A stretch of DNA of 64,000 nt, taken from the IMG/VR virus record IMGVR_UViG_3300042868_005339; one strand, written 5' to 3'. The position numbers and the translations under genes are program-made. The notes under the pieces are model-generated. The model made no database searches and was not told the DNA's origin. It saw only the letters and a program-made list of their open reading frames with translations. Within the stretch, counting starts at the first letter, position 1. The number at the start of each line of letters is the position of its first letter. This document shows positions 1 to 9,384 of the stretch, piece by piece. This DNA comes from a virus.

Positions 1-1
1 C

Positions 2-598
2 ATCACAGAAGAAAAACGTGGACGTATTCCCAAGTTGCTAAAAACATTAGCGGATCAGGGCCATCATACACCTTTTGAAAAAAGCTCTCTTCACTTTCTT
101 GTGGATTGCGATATTGCTTCTCATATTCACCTGCTCAAGCATCGCATTGGCGTTTCAATCAATGGTGAGAGTGCTCGGTATAAAGAGCTAAAGGAAGACA
201 AGTATTATATTCCAGATGATTGGGAAGGCATTTACCCATCTCAAGACATTGGACCAAATGCAGACTGTCCATGGGCAACTACGCAACAATCTTGGCATGC
301 TATTTTAGAAGAATACACAAAAATAGGAAATGATCTTTATCATCAATGCCTCAAAGACCTTGAACCTATTCTTGGTCGCAAACGCGCTAAAGAAAGTGCT
401 CGATTCTTCAAGGCGTATAATTCCCAAATCCAGGCTGATGTGATGTTCAACTGGAGATCGTTCCACCACTTCTTGGAATTGCGCAACAAACCGGAAGCAC
501 AAAAAGAGATTCGTGAAATTGCCGTTGTCATGCTTGATCTTGTGAAGAACATTGATGGCGATCCATTCCGCCACACTATTAAAGCATTCGGGCATTGA
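2..598 (+). CDS. thyX: Flavin-dependent thymidylate synthase ThyX, 5'-truncated by window edge
   Basis: Frame is open from nt 2. GHHTPFE and the ThyX signature KHRIGVSINGESARY (RHRxxSxxxxSxRY-type) are present. Confidence 0.85.
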   Translation: MTEEKRGRIPKLLKTLADQGHHTPFEKSSLHFLVDCDIASHIHLLKHRIGVSINGESARYKELKEDKYYIPDDWEGIYPSQDIGPNADCPWATTQQSWHAILEEYTKIGNDLYHQCLKDLEPILGRKRAKESARFFKAYNSQIQADVMFNWRSFHHFLELRNKPEAQKEIREIAVVMLDLVKNIDGDPFRHTIKAFGH

Positions 599-671
599 TT
601 CGTTAAAATTGAAGCGGTGAAAACGAAATGATTTGCATCGCGTTAAATAACGTGATAAGATTGATGACCAT

Positions 672-923
672 ATGAAACCAATACAAGTAAAAACCACGCA
701 AGGTCAACGCTATCGCATCCTTCGAGAGGTCAACTGTTTGAGTCAGCAGGCAGTAAATGAGCACATGGGACGTGCAACTAGTTGGTGCTCGCAGCTTGAG
801 AAGAATACCTTTGAACTCACTGTGGATGCAGCCTTGAAGCTGGCAAAGCTATACAAGGTAACCCTTGGTCAGCTTATCGGAGAAGAGGCGATAGAGGTTG
901 TGCTGATGCCGAAGGTTGACTAA
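672..923 (+). CDS. XRE-family helix-turn-helix regulator
   Basis: LSQQAVNEHMGRATSWCSQLEKN ... LAKLYKVTLGQLIGE is the typical HTH_3 layout. Confidence 0.7.
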   Translation: MKPIQVKTTQGQRYRILREVNCLSQQAVNEHMGRATSWCSQLEKNTFELTVDAALKLAKLYKVTLGQLIGEEAIEVVLMPKVD

Positions 924-928
924 AATCT

Positions 929-1636
929 ATGAAAATATCAAAAGGCTTAATTAAAGGCTGTTGCAATTTTTCGGCTTTGTGGATGTATGACAATCACACA
1001 TTCCAGCAGGTGGATGTAACTACACCAAACTGGAGAGAATATGTGATGAGCTGCTACGACATTGACGGCTTCGGCTCCTTTTTCGTGCGCGAGTCTTCGA
1101 GCGGGAAACCAATTATTGCGCTACACGGCAACGGAAAAAATGGCCGTGAAACATTCGCCGCCGCGCTCACTGCGTGGACTCTGCCGAACGACATCCAAAT
1201 AAGTGCAAATACTGCTACCACAAACAGCCAAACTTGCGCCGGTTCCTCTTCATCGCCATTGTTTGGATTCCGATTGGCAAGGTTGGCTGTATGGAACCAA
1301 AGCCAAAAGACACACAAAAACATTTCTGGGATCGGGGCTTCAGTTTTTGCTGGCGGCGTTAACCTAACCGCATTTATCCACCGCGAAAACATTTCCAGAT
1401 ACCTGCGACAGCATCGTCAGATTGAAGAGGAATATGAGGTGCATACCAGCCTGGGGAAAATGTATGTGAAGCCTGAAAAGTTTGGCGATTATTGCGCGAG
1501 AGTCCGTTTAGCCATTGATCCCAACCTAGACATCACAGATGAAGGTTGGATAAAAGGCTTAGACAGTGCGTGTGACGCGGTGTGGCAGAGGCCAAACGAC
1601 AATGATCTGGCGCGGCGGGCGCTGGACTCCGAGTAA
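929..1636 (+). CDS. Hypothetical protein
   Basis: 235-aa ORF starting 6 nt after the XRE gene. No motif recognised. Confidence 0.55.
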   Translation: MKISKGLIKGCCNFSALWMYDNHTFQQVDVTTPNWREYVMSCYDIDGFGSFFVRESSSGKPIIALHGNGKNGRETFAAALTAWTLPNDIQISANTATTNSQTCAGSSSSPLFGFRLARLAVWNQSQKTHKNISGIGASVFAGGVNLTAFIHRENISRYLRQHRQIEEEYEVHTSLGKMYVKPEKFGDYCARVRLAIDPNLDITDEGWIKGLDSACDAVWQRPNDNDLARRALDSE

Positions 1637-1686
1637 ACCAACGGGGCAGCTCTCGCCGTTGCCAGCATTCACTTGTTAGCCTTCTT

Positions 1687-1989
1687 ATGGACATACTCAC
1701 AATACTCGAATCCGCCGCATCCGAAATTCGAGAGCTTCGCGAACGTGCCGCATCCGATGAAACGATGCGGAAAAACCAAACTCTCCGCGTGGCGATCAGC
1801 CAGTTACGCGGGAACGTAATCGACTATTCCAACGCGGACAAAGTGGAGTGGGACACGCTCAACGAACTGATCGACGCCGAACGTGTTTGGATGGCTCACA
1901 CGGGCGAAGTGCTGTGCGACATGCGGATTCTCACCAAGGATCAACTGCGCGGAATTATTGAGGCTAACAAAAAGATCAGCGACTGCTGA
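1687..1989 (+). CDS. Hypothetical protein
   Basis: 100-aa ORF, helical and charged, in line with the upstream genes. Confidence 0.5.
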   Translation: MDILTILESAASEIRELRERAASDETMRKNQTLRVAISQLRGNVIDYSNADKVEWDTLNELIDAERVWMAHTGEVLCDMRILTKDQLRGIIEANKKISDC

Positions 1990-2094
1990 GCCTCATCGAA
2001 GCAGTTCGCTGCATCGTACGTTCGGCTAAGCCGCCCATAGTCCAGCCAGCTTATTGAACCTCTTCTGCAACGGGTTTGTTTTTCCTGGTGTGTG

Positions 2095-2631
2095 TTATAC
2101 ATGTTTCCACACTTTTCTGTTGATGACTGTTTTAATAATAGTGATAGAAACGCCATAAGACCTTGCCATAGCAGCCTTGGATCGAAACTTTTTCTCAGCA
2201 AAGTCTTTTCGGATGCTTAATGCTATTGCTTCATTAATTACCGACCTACCATTATTCGATCCTCTGACTACTGTTGAGTCTTTTTGCAGGTAATGATTTC
2301 CATTGTAGTTGAAGTTGTACCTTCCACGCTCATGTCTTTGTCGCATATTATCCGCATGAGTTCCCATCGAAAGATGGGCCGGATTGACGCATGATGGATT
2401 ATCACAAGAATGAAGTATGTGCTTCTCCTTTAGGAAAGGTCCGTTTGTTAATTCAAACGCAAGCCTGTGCGATCTCCACTTGTGACCTTTGTAAAGGTGA
2501 AGACCGTAACCGGAATAATTTTTTAATCCAGTCCACCACAAGCAGTCGCTACCTGGGATGGTTTTAGTTTTTGACCAAAACTTATTGATCTCTTCTTCTG
2601 GTAACGTAATGCTGATTTTAGCTTCTTGCAT
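2095..2631 (-). CDS. HNH homing endonuclease with C-terminal HTH
   Basis: CLWWTG..GYG, SHRLAFE, HSCDNPSCVNPAHLSMGTHADN (HNH_3-type), and a C-terminal ...IIKTVINRKVWKHV. Paralogue of 60871..61374. Visibly AT-richer than its neighbours. Confidence 0.85.
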   Translation of the reverse strand: MQEAKISITLPEEEINKFWSKTKTIPGSDCLWWTGLKNYSGYGLHLYKGHKWRSHRLAFELTNGPFLKEKHILHSCDNPSCVNPAHLSMGTHADNMRQRHERGRYNFNYNGNHYLQKDSTVVRGSNNGRSVINEAIALSIRKDFAEKKFRSKAAMARSYGVSITIIKTVINRKVWKHV

Positions 2632-2715
2632 GGTAATGACATGTTGGAGGTTAGACGGTTGCTTCTGTTATCAGCAGATGCAGCCGTTGTTTTTATAAGC
2701 TTTGCTGATCTAAAG

Positions 2716-4524
2716 TCAATTAGAATAGATGGATGCCAAGCTCATAAATCTTTTCTTCAATGGTGAAGATTTTCTATCATCTACATTTCCAGGTTTATCT
2801 ATACTTGATAAACCATGCCTCTCACGGCAGAGCGAAATTAAACAAGCCGCAGAGTCAAAATAATCAGGACTTTTTCCGGTTCGACGTTTCATGTCCACTT
2901 TGGACTCGACTCTAATGCGCGAACCTCCATCCTGCGCTTTGTTATCCTTGTACCTTCTGACTGTCATTTCGTCTGCCATTTCTTTCGTGATATTTCTAAG
3001 CTGGTCACAACGAATAAGTTCTTTCCCAATCGACCAAAGTTCGCTAACCCTGTTAGCATACCTCACGCTTGATTTCTCACGATCCGCAGCAGACACAGGA
3101 CGATCTGAAGCCTTGCCACCGAAGTCCACACGCAAGAAAGTGTTACCCCACTTGCTCCACATAGCGTCAGCAAAAGTCTTGCCACCACCGGCAGACGCAT
3201 CAATTGCCACGTCCTTGATGTCGATTCCATCCTTCTTGCAGATGTCTTTGATTTGGTCAATAAGCTGCGTGGTGCGGTCAACGTCGCGTTTGCTGGCATC
3301 GTCATTGAGAAGGATATGACGCTCAAACTTGAGTCGTTTCTTGCCATCAGTGCAGATGCCAATAGAGCCAATCGTCATCACCGTTTTGTCGCCACCGCTG
3401 GTATATGAAAGGTCGATGCCACACACCTTTGTTGGAATCCCCTGCCACACGCAATCCTTGGGCGTCTTGATAATTTCAGCGGGAGAATAAATATTGTCAT
3501 CGTCTCCATCAAGCAAGAATGCACCAAGAACGCCTCGCCAGTAAGCTCTTGTATGCTGGCCTAGTTTTTCTCGCTTCTCTTCCAACATCTCCCTTGTCAT
3601 CAAGAAAGGGTAGATCGTTTTCCCCTCGATAATGTTAGGAGATGTCTCGTTGTTGATGCGAATAACGTGAGCGCCTTTCCCTTTCCACTCATCCCAGTCT
3701 GGGTTGTAGCTATCCCAGCCTCCAGGAATAGGCTCACAAAGCTGCCCAAAAGTGTCGAAGGGAGAGTTTGCATTCGCTAGCGCAATAAGCTGAACGTTCG
3801 GATTCTGCGTCAAGTTTTCCTCAAAAGTATTGATGATGGATGGCGAAAGTTCAGCGCACTCATCAAGAACAACAATGAGCTTACCGCCAGGGCCATGCTT
3901 TTGACCTCGGATAGCGCGTGATGATTCAGCGGCTTTGCTTTGCTCACCTGGAAACAAGCGGATGCCGTACTCGTCCATCACAACGCCAGTGTTTAAGTCC
4001 ATCGACTTGATGCAGTGAGAAGACTCAACTAGCTTGCCAGGAGGTGCTCCAGCCATGCCATTGAAGTAACGAGTAATCTGGCCCCAAATACGCCCCATCG
4101 AGTCCTTGATGGTTGTGGTGTTGACGAGAACGACGTTCTTGTATGGATTTGCCAACCACCAAACGAGACAGTAAACGGCGAACAAACCAGTCTTGCCACC
4201 AGAACCACCAGACGAGATCGCTAGACGCTTATTCTCAAATGCGGCCTTCGCCATCTTGATCGCCCAAGGATGCCACATGAACGGAGTTCGACTGCCTGGA
4301 TAGTTCCAGATGAGATTGACAGCGTTGACGAAGTGAATCCAAGCAGGTTTCCCCTGTGGGTTTTTATCGCCTTTCCAACCGAATAACGAACCCGTTGGAC
4401 ACTTGAGGAAGATCAACTCGACATCCAGTTGATTGCCGAATTGATGATCAAACTTGATGCCGTATGTCTCGATTGGTCCTCGCGTAAGTTGAACGACACG
4501 AGATTTTTGGGGCTTCTGCTTCAT
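2716..4524 (-). CDS. terL: Terminase large subunit
   Basis: Walker A-like SGGSGGKTG, Walker B LIVVLDECAE, and C-terminal RNaseH-like nuclease acidic motifs (CGIDLSYTSGGDKT, VAIDASAGG). Confidence 0.85.
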   Translation of the reverse strand: MKQKPQKSRVVQLTRGPIETYGIKFDHQFGNQLDVELIFLKCPTGSLFGWKGDKNPQGKPAWIHFVNAVNLIWNYPGSRTPFMWHPWAIKMAKAAFENKRLAISSGGSGGKTGLFAVYCLVWWLANPYKNVVLVNTTTIKDSMGRIWGQITRYFNGMAGAPPGKLVESSHCIKSMDLNTGVVMDEYGIRLFPGEQSKAAESSRAIRGQKHGPGGKLIVVLDECAELSPSIINTFEENLTQNPNVQLIALANANSPFDTFGQLCEPIPGGWDSYNPDWDEWKGKGAHVIRINNETSPNIIEGKTIYPFLMTREMLEEKREKLGQHTRAYWRGVLGAFLLDGDDDNIYSPAEIIKTPKDCVWQGIPTKVCGIDLSYTSGGDKTVMTIGSIGICTDGKKRLKFERHILLNDDASKRDVDRTTQLIDQIKDICKKDGIDIKDVAIDASAGGGKTFADAMWSKWGNTFLRVDFGGKASDRPVSAADREKSSVRYANRVSELWSIGKELIRCDQLRNITKEMADEMTVRRYKDNKAQDGGSRIRVESKVDMKRRTGKSPDYFDSAACLISLCRERHGLSSIDKPGNVDDRKSSPLKKRFMSLASIYSN

Positions 4525-4825
4525 ATCTGTTGAATGAGTAGTTCAGAACTGGTAAGTTTCAAGATTATATGATCTATGAACATCTGCCAAACTTGCTATA
4601 AAAACGGGCGATCTCTGTGGCAAGGTTGCTGTCTATGCAGCAAAGACGTGATGACATCCAGCCAATTCCACGCTTGGAACGCAACTCGCAGGGTTCATCA
4701 CGATATACCCCAACCAAAGATTGAGGTAAAGCAGGTAGTCTTCAGTAAGCCAAGGCTGGTCTTTGGGCAGAGGTTGCAGAAGTGACTTGCGATAAGTCAA
4801 TTTACGATGTCATATCTGCAAAATT

Positions 4826-5050
4826 ATGAACCATGAAGTTGAGACTATTGAGGATGCGCTGACGATGCTGCAAGCGACTGTATTTGAACCAGAATTTGCC
4901 GCTCCTTTGATCAGGCGAAATATTGAACACGGGCTTTGTTCAAACTATGAGATTCAGTTCTTCAAGGGGCAGAATGGTGTCTGTATGACAGCGAAAATAA
5001 CTCCCTCCTACAAACCAAAATACCTTGGGAAGCACGAGGGATTGGAATGA
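4826..5050 (+). CDS. Hypothetical protein
   Basis: 74-aa ORF exactly filling a gap between minus-strand genes. Confidence 0.4.
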   Translation: MNHEVETIEDALTMLQATVFEPEFAAPLIRRNIEHGLCSNYEIQFFKGQNGVCMTAKITPSYKPKYLGKHEGLE

Positions 5051-5245
5051 TCAACCAAACTTCTCTACCCACTCGGCTAGAAAACGGCTAAGTGGAATGC
5101 CATCTCCATCTGCTGTCATGCACTTGCAGCCTTCTGGCTTGCATTCAATCCAGGTGCAACCGTCGTGGTTGATCTTTGGCGAGTTGCCATGACGGCACTT
5201 AGCGCGTGACTCAAACTGGTTCTTGATGACTTCAAAGTCGGTCAT
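5051..5245 (-). CDS. Hypothetical Cys-rich small protein
   Basis: 64-aa ORF. Its start overlaps the stop of the CHAP gene. Confidence 0.5.
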   Translation of the reverse strand: MTDFEVIKNQFESRAKCRHGNSPKINHDGCTWIECKPEGCKCMTADGDGIPLSRFLAEWVEKFG

Positions 5246-5736
5246 ACCATGATGCGGATTCGACTGCGAATCTTTGAGATATGGCGAGTCTTTTTGAGAA
5301 CAGCGCCACCTTCACGGCTTCCAGCACCATCTGTATTCCCCTCAATACTTTTGATGTTGCCATTTTTGTCAGGAGATGAGAGGGCAATTCCAATGTGACT
5401 GAAAGTGAAAATCAAAATATCACCAGCTTGAATGTCGCCCTTATGGGGCTTCTTCGTGTGCGTTGATTCGTCTTGTTCACGACTCCAATTTTCAAAGTCC
5501 CATGCTCCTGCTGTCCTTGGACGCTTAAATGTCTTGGTTTCCTTGATTCCGGCTAGCGCCAGAGCCTCGCGGAAGCACCAACAAACGTAAGCTGCACACC
5601 ACGGCCAACCAACTTTTGGGTTAAGCCAAGTGGACGCCTTATACTCATCAACGCGAGGTCCACAGTTTGTGCCATTGACCTCTGTGACTCCGACTTCTTT
5701 GAGTGCTACTTGAACGAGTGCTTCTGATAGTTTCAT
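5242..5736 (-). CDS. CHAP/NlpC-P60-type peptidoglycan hydrolase
   Basis: Catalytic Cys context PWCAAYVCWCF, His context FSHIGIAL, and IEGNT. Confidence 0.7.
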   Translation of the reverse strand: MKLSEALVQVALKEVGVTEVNGTNCGPRVDEYKASTWLNPKVGWPWCAAYVCWCFREALALAGIKETKTFKRPRTAGAWDFENWSREQDESTHTKKPHKGDIQAGDILIFTFSHIGIALSSPDKNGNIKSIEGNTDGAGSREGGAVLKKTRHISKIRSRIRIMV

Positions 5737-5834
5737 ACTTTTGGAGAGCTAACAATGATGATGCCCCAAACAAGCAGGCAGATGGCAGTTATCGCAAGAA
5801 TAGAAACCTGCGCGATAGAGAAATCTTGGATCAT
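5733..5834 (-). CDS. 33-aa single-TM peptide (holin-like candidate)
   Basis: MIQDFSIAQVSILAITAICLLVWGIIIVSSPKV. ATGA overlaps at both ends, with 5831..6088 and with the CHAP gene. Below the ORF-track cutoff. Confidence 0.4.
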   Translation of the reverse strand: MIQDFSIAQVSILAITAICLLVWGIIIVSSPKV

Positions 5835-6088
5835 GGATATTTGTCTTCCTCAATCATACGGGCGTTGTGCTTGTGAAGGAATTTAGCCAGATCGCTGCTG
5901 AGTGTATCAACAACTTCTTCTGGCAGAATCCATTCCCACTCATGGAGGAATTCATGAATGAGAATGCGGAGATGATGCTGCCCGCATAAACGCTCGTCAA
6001 TCTCAATATTACCGTTGCCGTAAGCAAGACCTAAAGCCTTGTGACGGCCTAGCTTTCGCTTTTTAACGGTTATTGAAGTAACCTTCAC
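5831..6088 (-). CDS. Small HExxH (zincin-like) protein
   Basis: LRILIHEFLHEWEW contains HEFLH. The layout resembles minimal SprT/DUF45-type metallopeptidases. Confidence 0.45.
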   Translation of the reverse strand: MKVTSITVKKRKLGRHKALGLAYGNGNIEIDERLCGQHHLRILIHEFLHEWEWILPEEVVDTLSSDLAKFLHKHNARMIEEDKYP

Positions 6089-6453
6089 TGTTTTTGGCGG
6101 ATGCTATCAACCATTGCTATGGTGGCCCCACGAATATTGTTTTTGATTTGGTAGCTTGTTTTATTCGGGTTGCGAGCAAGAGAAGCCTTGATTCGATCTT
6201 CAAGTGAAGAATCAACATTGGTTTCATCCTTCTGCCGATAGCAACGAATGCGAGTTGTCATGCGACGTTTAGCGTCCCAAACTGGGAAGTCTTGCGCCTC
6301 AAATGCCCCTGATGAGACGCCACTTTTCAGCATGTCATGTACTCTTTCGGGAGAGCATTGAAGCTCTTCGGCAATATGCTCCTTGGTATCCCAACCATGG
6401 GGAATGCAATACTTTTCAGCGTTGATCTTGTCGATAGCCTTTTGCCATTTCAT
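6085..6453 (-). CDS. Hypothetical protein
   Basis: 122-aa ORF overlapping its neighbour by 4 nt. Confidence 0.55.
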   Translation of the reverse strand: MKWQKAIDKINAEKYCIPHGWDTKEHIAEELQCSPERVHDMLKSGVSSGAFEAQDFPVWDAKRRMTTRIRCYRQKDETNVDSSLEDRIKASLARNPNKTSYQIKNNIRGATIAMVDSIRQKQ

Positions 6454-6473
6454 TTGGTTTTGTGGTATGGTTG

Positions 6474-8459
6474 TTAATCAACAAAGATTGGGAACGTGAC
6501 CGTTCTTCCGTATCGCTTGTCAAAGATAAAGCCAGTCTGTGATGGTGGCTCGTAAGGTGCCTTGATGGCGATGGAGTAGGCATTGAAGCCAATTAAACTC
6601 CCGTTGCAAACCCACTTTGGATTTTGCTGACTTTGATGCCAGTGACCAAAGATGTCTAGGTCTGCTGGAACACCCTTGTTCCACGAAGAAATAGCCTTCT
6701 CAACTGGGATGGTCAACCCACCAACGCCACCTTGGTATTGTAAGCCGTCTCCGTGATGAATGCGAAGTGTCTTGCCGTATAGATCGAGAAGCAAATGGTA
6801 ACCATCAGAAACATGCCAAGAGGCTTTATTGCTAAGGTGCTTTGCCATCGTTTTGTAAAGCATCCACTCGTAGCTGTTAGCTGCGCCTGTAGCGTGACGT
6901 GGCTTGCGCGTCGTATTGCCACTGATAAACGGAATGCCGTTACGTCGTGTAATTAAAGCTCCGTTTTTTACAGTACCGCACCAAATCACGCCGCTATAAT
7001 ACTCTTGCTTGATGGATTCCGACCATTTGTTGATCTGATATGGGCTAGTATTAGAACGAACGCTCAATACACAATCCCCTCGATTATCAACACGGAGGCG
7101 AGATGAAATTCCATTCATCATCAATAATGCCTGAAGGCTTTCCAACGATGTTTTATCTTTATAAATTTGACCGCCTCCTGTTTTTTCTAAACTTCCATCA
7201 GCCTGAAATACAGTCTCAAGAAATACCTCAACCTGCCTTTGTGATAGATTGAACATCCAATCTGGAAGCTGGCCCTTTGATGGTAGCAGTTTCAACAAAT
7301 CTTGACTGTGATCTGGTGAAATTTGAAAACAAAATTCTCTCTTTGCCGTCAAGCATTGAACTCCTTTGATGATAGGCGGTGGACGATGGCGAGACACCTC
7401 CTTGTATGTCATATTTTCGCTTTTGAGAATCTTGCGTATCTCTTCAATTCCCTCCTCCTTACTTTGGTAAATACGGTAATAAGAATTACTGATTGTATTA
7501 ACGATGTGTCCATCTGTCCAAATCCAAGCTAAAATACGAAGCATATCATCAGATACGCTGTTCAAATCTTCTTTAGAACCAGTCGCTGTCTTTGGAAATC
7601 CTCTCCAAGCAAAACTACCAGATGGAACAGGCTTGAGGTCTTTCATTTCCTCAAAATGGCGCTTTCCAGTTTTGAGCGATTCAACAACCATCCTATGACC
7701 TGGAGTAACTTTAAAATCCATTGTGGCAGTTTTACCAACAAACATATATCCATCCCACAGATCTACATAAACATCATCAAGTGGTTGCCATTCTGCGGCA
7801 CCAGTTTCCATGTTGTATGTTGCAGCAATGTCTCCAACCTCAATTTCATTGTATTTCTTCCACCCACTTCTAGTCAGGAGTTCCGTTTCTGAATCATGAC
7901 ATCTGCCATGATTTCCATAGACACAGGGAATCACAATTTCTCCAAAGTGCTTGGACAGCAATTCAACTCCACTGGCGATCTGATCTTGAAGCCACAACAC
8001 TGTCTGAGTTGGAGACAAAGCGTTATTCTCCAACAGTTCCTCGTGGATGTAGCCAGTCATTAAATCGCCACCCAAGATCAGCACAAGGCGATCAATTTTA
8101 GCACCATGGCGTTGAATCTTCGCCATGCGAATAATCGAGTTCCAGAAACGGTTGATTCGCTGTTCAGCAATATCAAGATTGAACTCGTTTAGATTGTTGA
8201 TGGTTTTTCCTTCAACCGTCTCTTCGACATGCCAATCTGATGCGACGGCTACAAAAGTTGCTTCGGAGTCAAAATCACTGACCGCATTAATCTTGGAAGC
8301 AACAGGCTTCACGCCACCGATTCCAAGTGCGATATTAAGCTGATTGTCCTTTTCTGAAATGACGTTGAGCAGCTTTTTACGCTCACTCTCAAAGTCGGCC
8401 ACAGTCTTCTTGTGGCGAATCTCCTGGGTTTCATGAACAGCGGTGGACCAGTTTTTCAT
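6474..8459 (-). CDS. Calcineurin-like metallophosphoesterase interrupted by an intein
   Basis: Motifs DWH (aa 75-77), GGD (130-132) and GNHGR (182-186). After a 329-aa insert come IHHGDG and GHWH. Confidence 0.85.
   Translation of the reverse strand: MKNWSTAVHETQEIRHKKTVADFESERKKLLNVISEKDNQLNIALGIGGVKPVASKINAVSDFDSEATFVAVASDWHVEETVEGKTINNLNEFNLDIAEQRINRFWNSIIRMAKIQRHGAKIDRLVLILGGDLMTGYIHEELLENNALSPTQTVLWLQDQIASGVELLSKHFGEIVIPCVYGNHGRCHDSETELLTRSGWKKYNEIEVGDIAATYNMETGAAEWQPLDDVYVDLWDGYMFVGKTATMDFKVTPGHRMVVESLKTGKRHFEEMKDLKPVPSGSFAWRGFPKTATGSKEDLNSVSDDMLRILAWIWTDGHIVNTISNSYYRIYQSKEEGIEEIRKILKSENMTYKEVSRHRPPPIIKGVQCLTAKREFCFQISPDHSQDLLKLLPSKGQLPDWMFNLSQRQVEVFLETVFQADGSLEKTGGGQIYKDKTSLESLQALLMMNGISSRLRVDNRGDCVLSVRSNTSPYQINKWSESIKQEYYSGVIWCGTVKNGALITRRNGIPFISGNTTRKPRHATGAANSYEWMLYKTMAKHLSNKASWHVSDGYHLLLDLYGKTLRIHHGDGLQYQGGVGGLTIPVEKAISSWNKGVPADLDIFGHWHQSQQNPKWVCNGSLIGFNAYSIAIKAPYEPPSQTGFIFDKRYGRTVTFPIFVD
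6915..7901 (-). mobile_element. Intein with LAGLIDADG homing-endonuclease domain (aa 187-515 of the host ORF)
   Basis: Cys187 follows GNHGR directly. Block B is TPGHRMVV. LAGLIDADG-like motifs are LAWIWTDGHI and VFLETVFQADGSL. The C-terminal block is NGIPFISGN followed by Thr516. Confidence 0.8.
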
Positions 8460-8613
8460 ATCGCAAGGATAGGTGTTGATGGTTTACTTCTTCATTCCTT
8501 TGGGGATCTTCCCAAATGGGATTCCAAGGAAAGATAGTGTATCTTTGCCCTGTGTTTTGACGGCTTTCTTGACTGTTTTGGCTGGCTTTGTTGGTTTTTT
8601 CATTTGGTATATT

Positions 8614-8709
8614 TTATGGTTTTACTGAAACTATTAGCGCCCAGACTGATATGGATACCACTGCAAAACTGAATCCTATAAACTCATTAGCGGTTAAATA
8701 TAAACTCAT
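8614..8709 (-). CDS. 31-aa single-TM peptide
   Basis: MSLYLTANEFIGFSFAVVSISVWALIVSVKP. ATGA overlap with the lipoprotein gene stop. Confidence 0.3.
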   Translation of the reverse strand: MSLYLTANEFIGFSFAVVSISVWALIVSVKP

Positions 8710-8900
8710 GGTTGAATATTGCGAGGAGATTTTGCGCTGGTTCTGCCAAACTCAGCAGCAGCGGCGGAAATAGCTCCAGCTTGACCTCCAGTTAGATAAC
8801 CGACTCCTCCAGCCACAGCGATGCGCTTTACGTTGGATGAGTCTGCAATTGAGCAGGAAGACAGTGTTGAGACGACAAGGATAAGTGAGAGGTATTTCAT
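8706..8900 (-). CDS. Small lipoprotein with glycine-zipper core (spanin-like candidate)
   Basis: MKYLSLILVVSTLSSC carries the lipobox LSSC. The mature part contains IAVAGGVGYLTGGQAGAISAAAA. The ATG overlaps the amidase stop (ATGA). Confidence 0.6.
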   Translation of the reverse strand: MKYLSLILVVSTLSSCSIADSSNVKRIAVAGGVGYLTGGQAGAISAAAAEFGRTSAKSPRNIQP

Positions 8901-9376
8901 GGTGCGGCAACTTGAATAAGTAGTGGTGAAATGCCCAAGTTGGCAGGAGAAACTTCTGCTGAAGGAATGCGAAGAAGGAGGCGAGTTCCAGCATCCGCTA
9001 GCATTTTGTGAACTACCTCGGAGCAGAACCATTTTCCATTCTCTCGCGCTGGCTTTTTGGTGAGAAACCTTGCAACGCTCCAGTAGTCGTATGGCATGCC
9101 AAGCTGGCCCAAAAACAAGCTAATGGCATGATTGTAATCTTCATCGCTCATGCTTGGGATGGCAAACCAGTCGATCAGTCGGTTATCTGATTCGTCCAGA
9201 GTATGGAGCCGGACCCCTTTGAACTCTCGCGATTCAATAATGCGATTTGTGGTGCCAGGAATAAGCATCGCCGCATGTGAATACTTTGAGCGGGTCTGCT
9301 TTTTGATAAGCCAAGACACCACTCCATCACCATTGAATAGGGCAATGCGAGGCTTCATGTTTGGTTCTGTGATCAT
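8897..9376 (-). CDS. Permuted papain-like amidase (YiiX/YaeF C92-like), putative endolysin
   Basis: KYSHAAM, ESREFKGV, GMPYDYW and WFCSEVV are in the order typical of the permuted NlpC/P60 C92 family. Confidence 0.6.
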   Translation of the reverse strand: MITEPNMKPRIALFNGDGVVSWLIKKQTRSKYSHAAMLIPGTTNRIIESREFKGVRLHTLDESDNRLIDWFAIPSMSDEDYNHAISLFLGQLGMPYDYWSVARFLTKKPARENGKWFCSEVVHKMLADAGTRLLLRIPSAEVSPANLGISPLLIQVAAP

Positions 9377-9384
9377 TTAATAGA

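Noticed and set aside
2716-4524. Checked the terminase (and the primase-helicase, 42365..44122) for inteins
   Set aside because: Their lengths are normal and their motifs are contiguous. There is no Cys/Ser-initiated insert with LAGLIDADG or HN|C/S/T junctions.
4576-4785. 69-aa Cys-rich plus-strand ORF upstream of terL
   Set aside because: It lies in what is more likely the terL promoter/leader region. The sequence is not convincingly protein-like and has no coupled neighbours. It is left unannotated.
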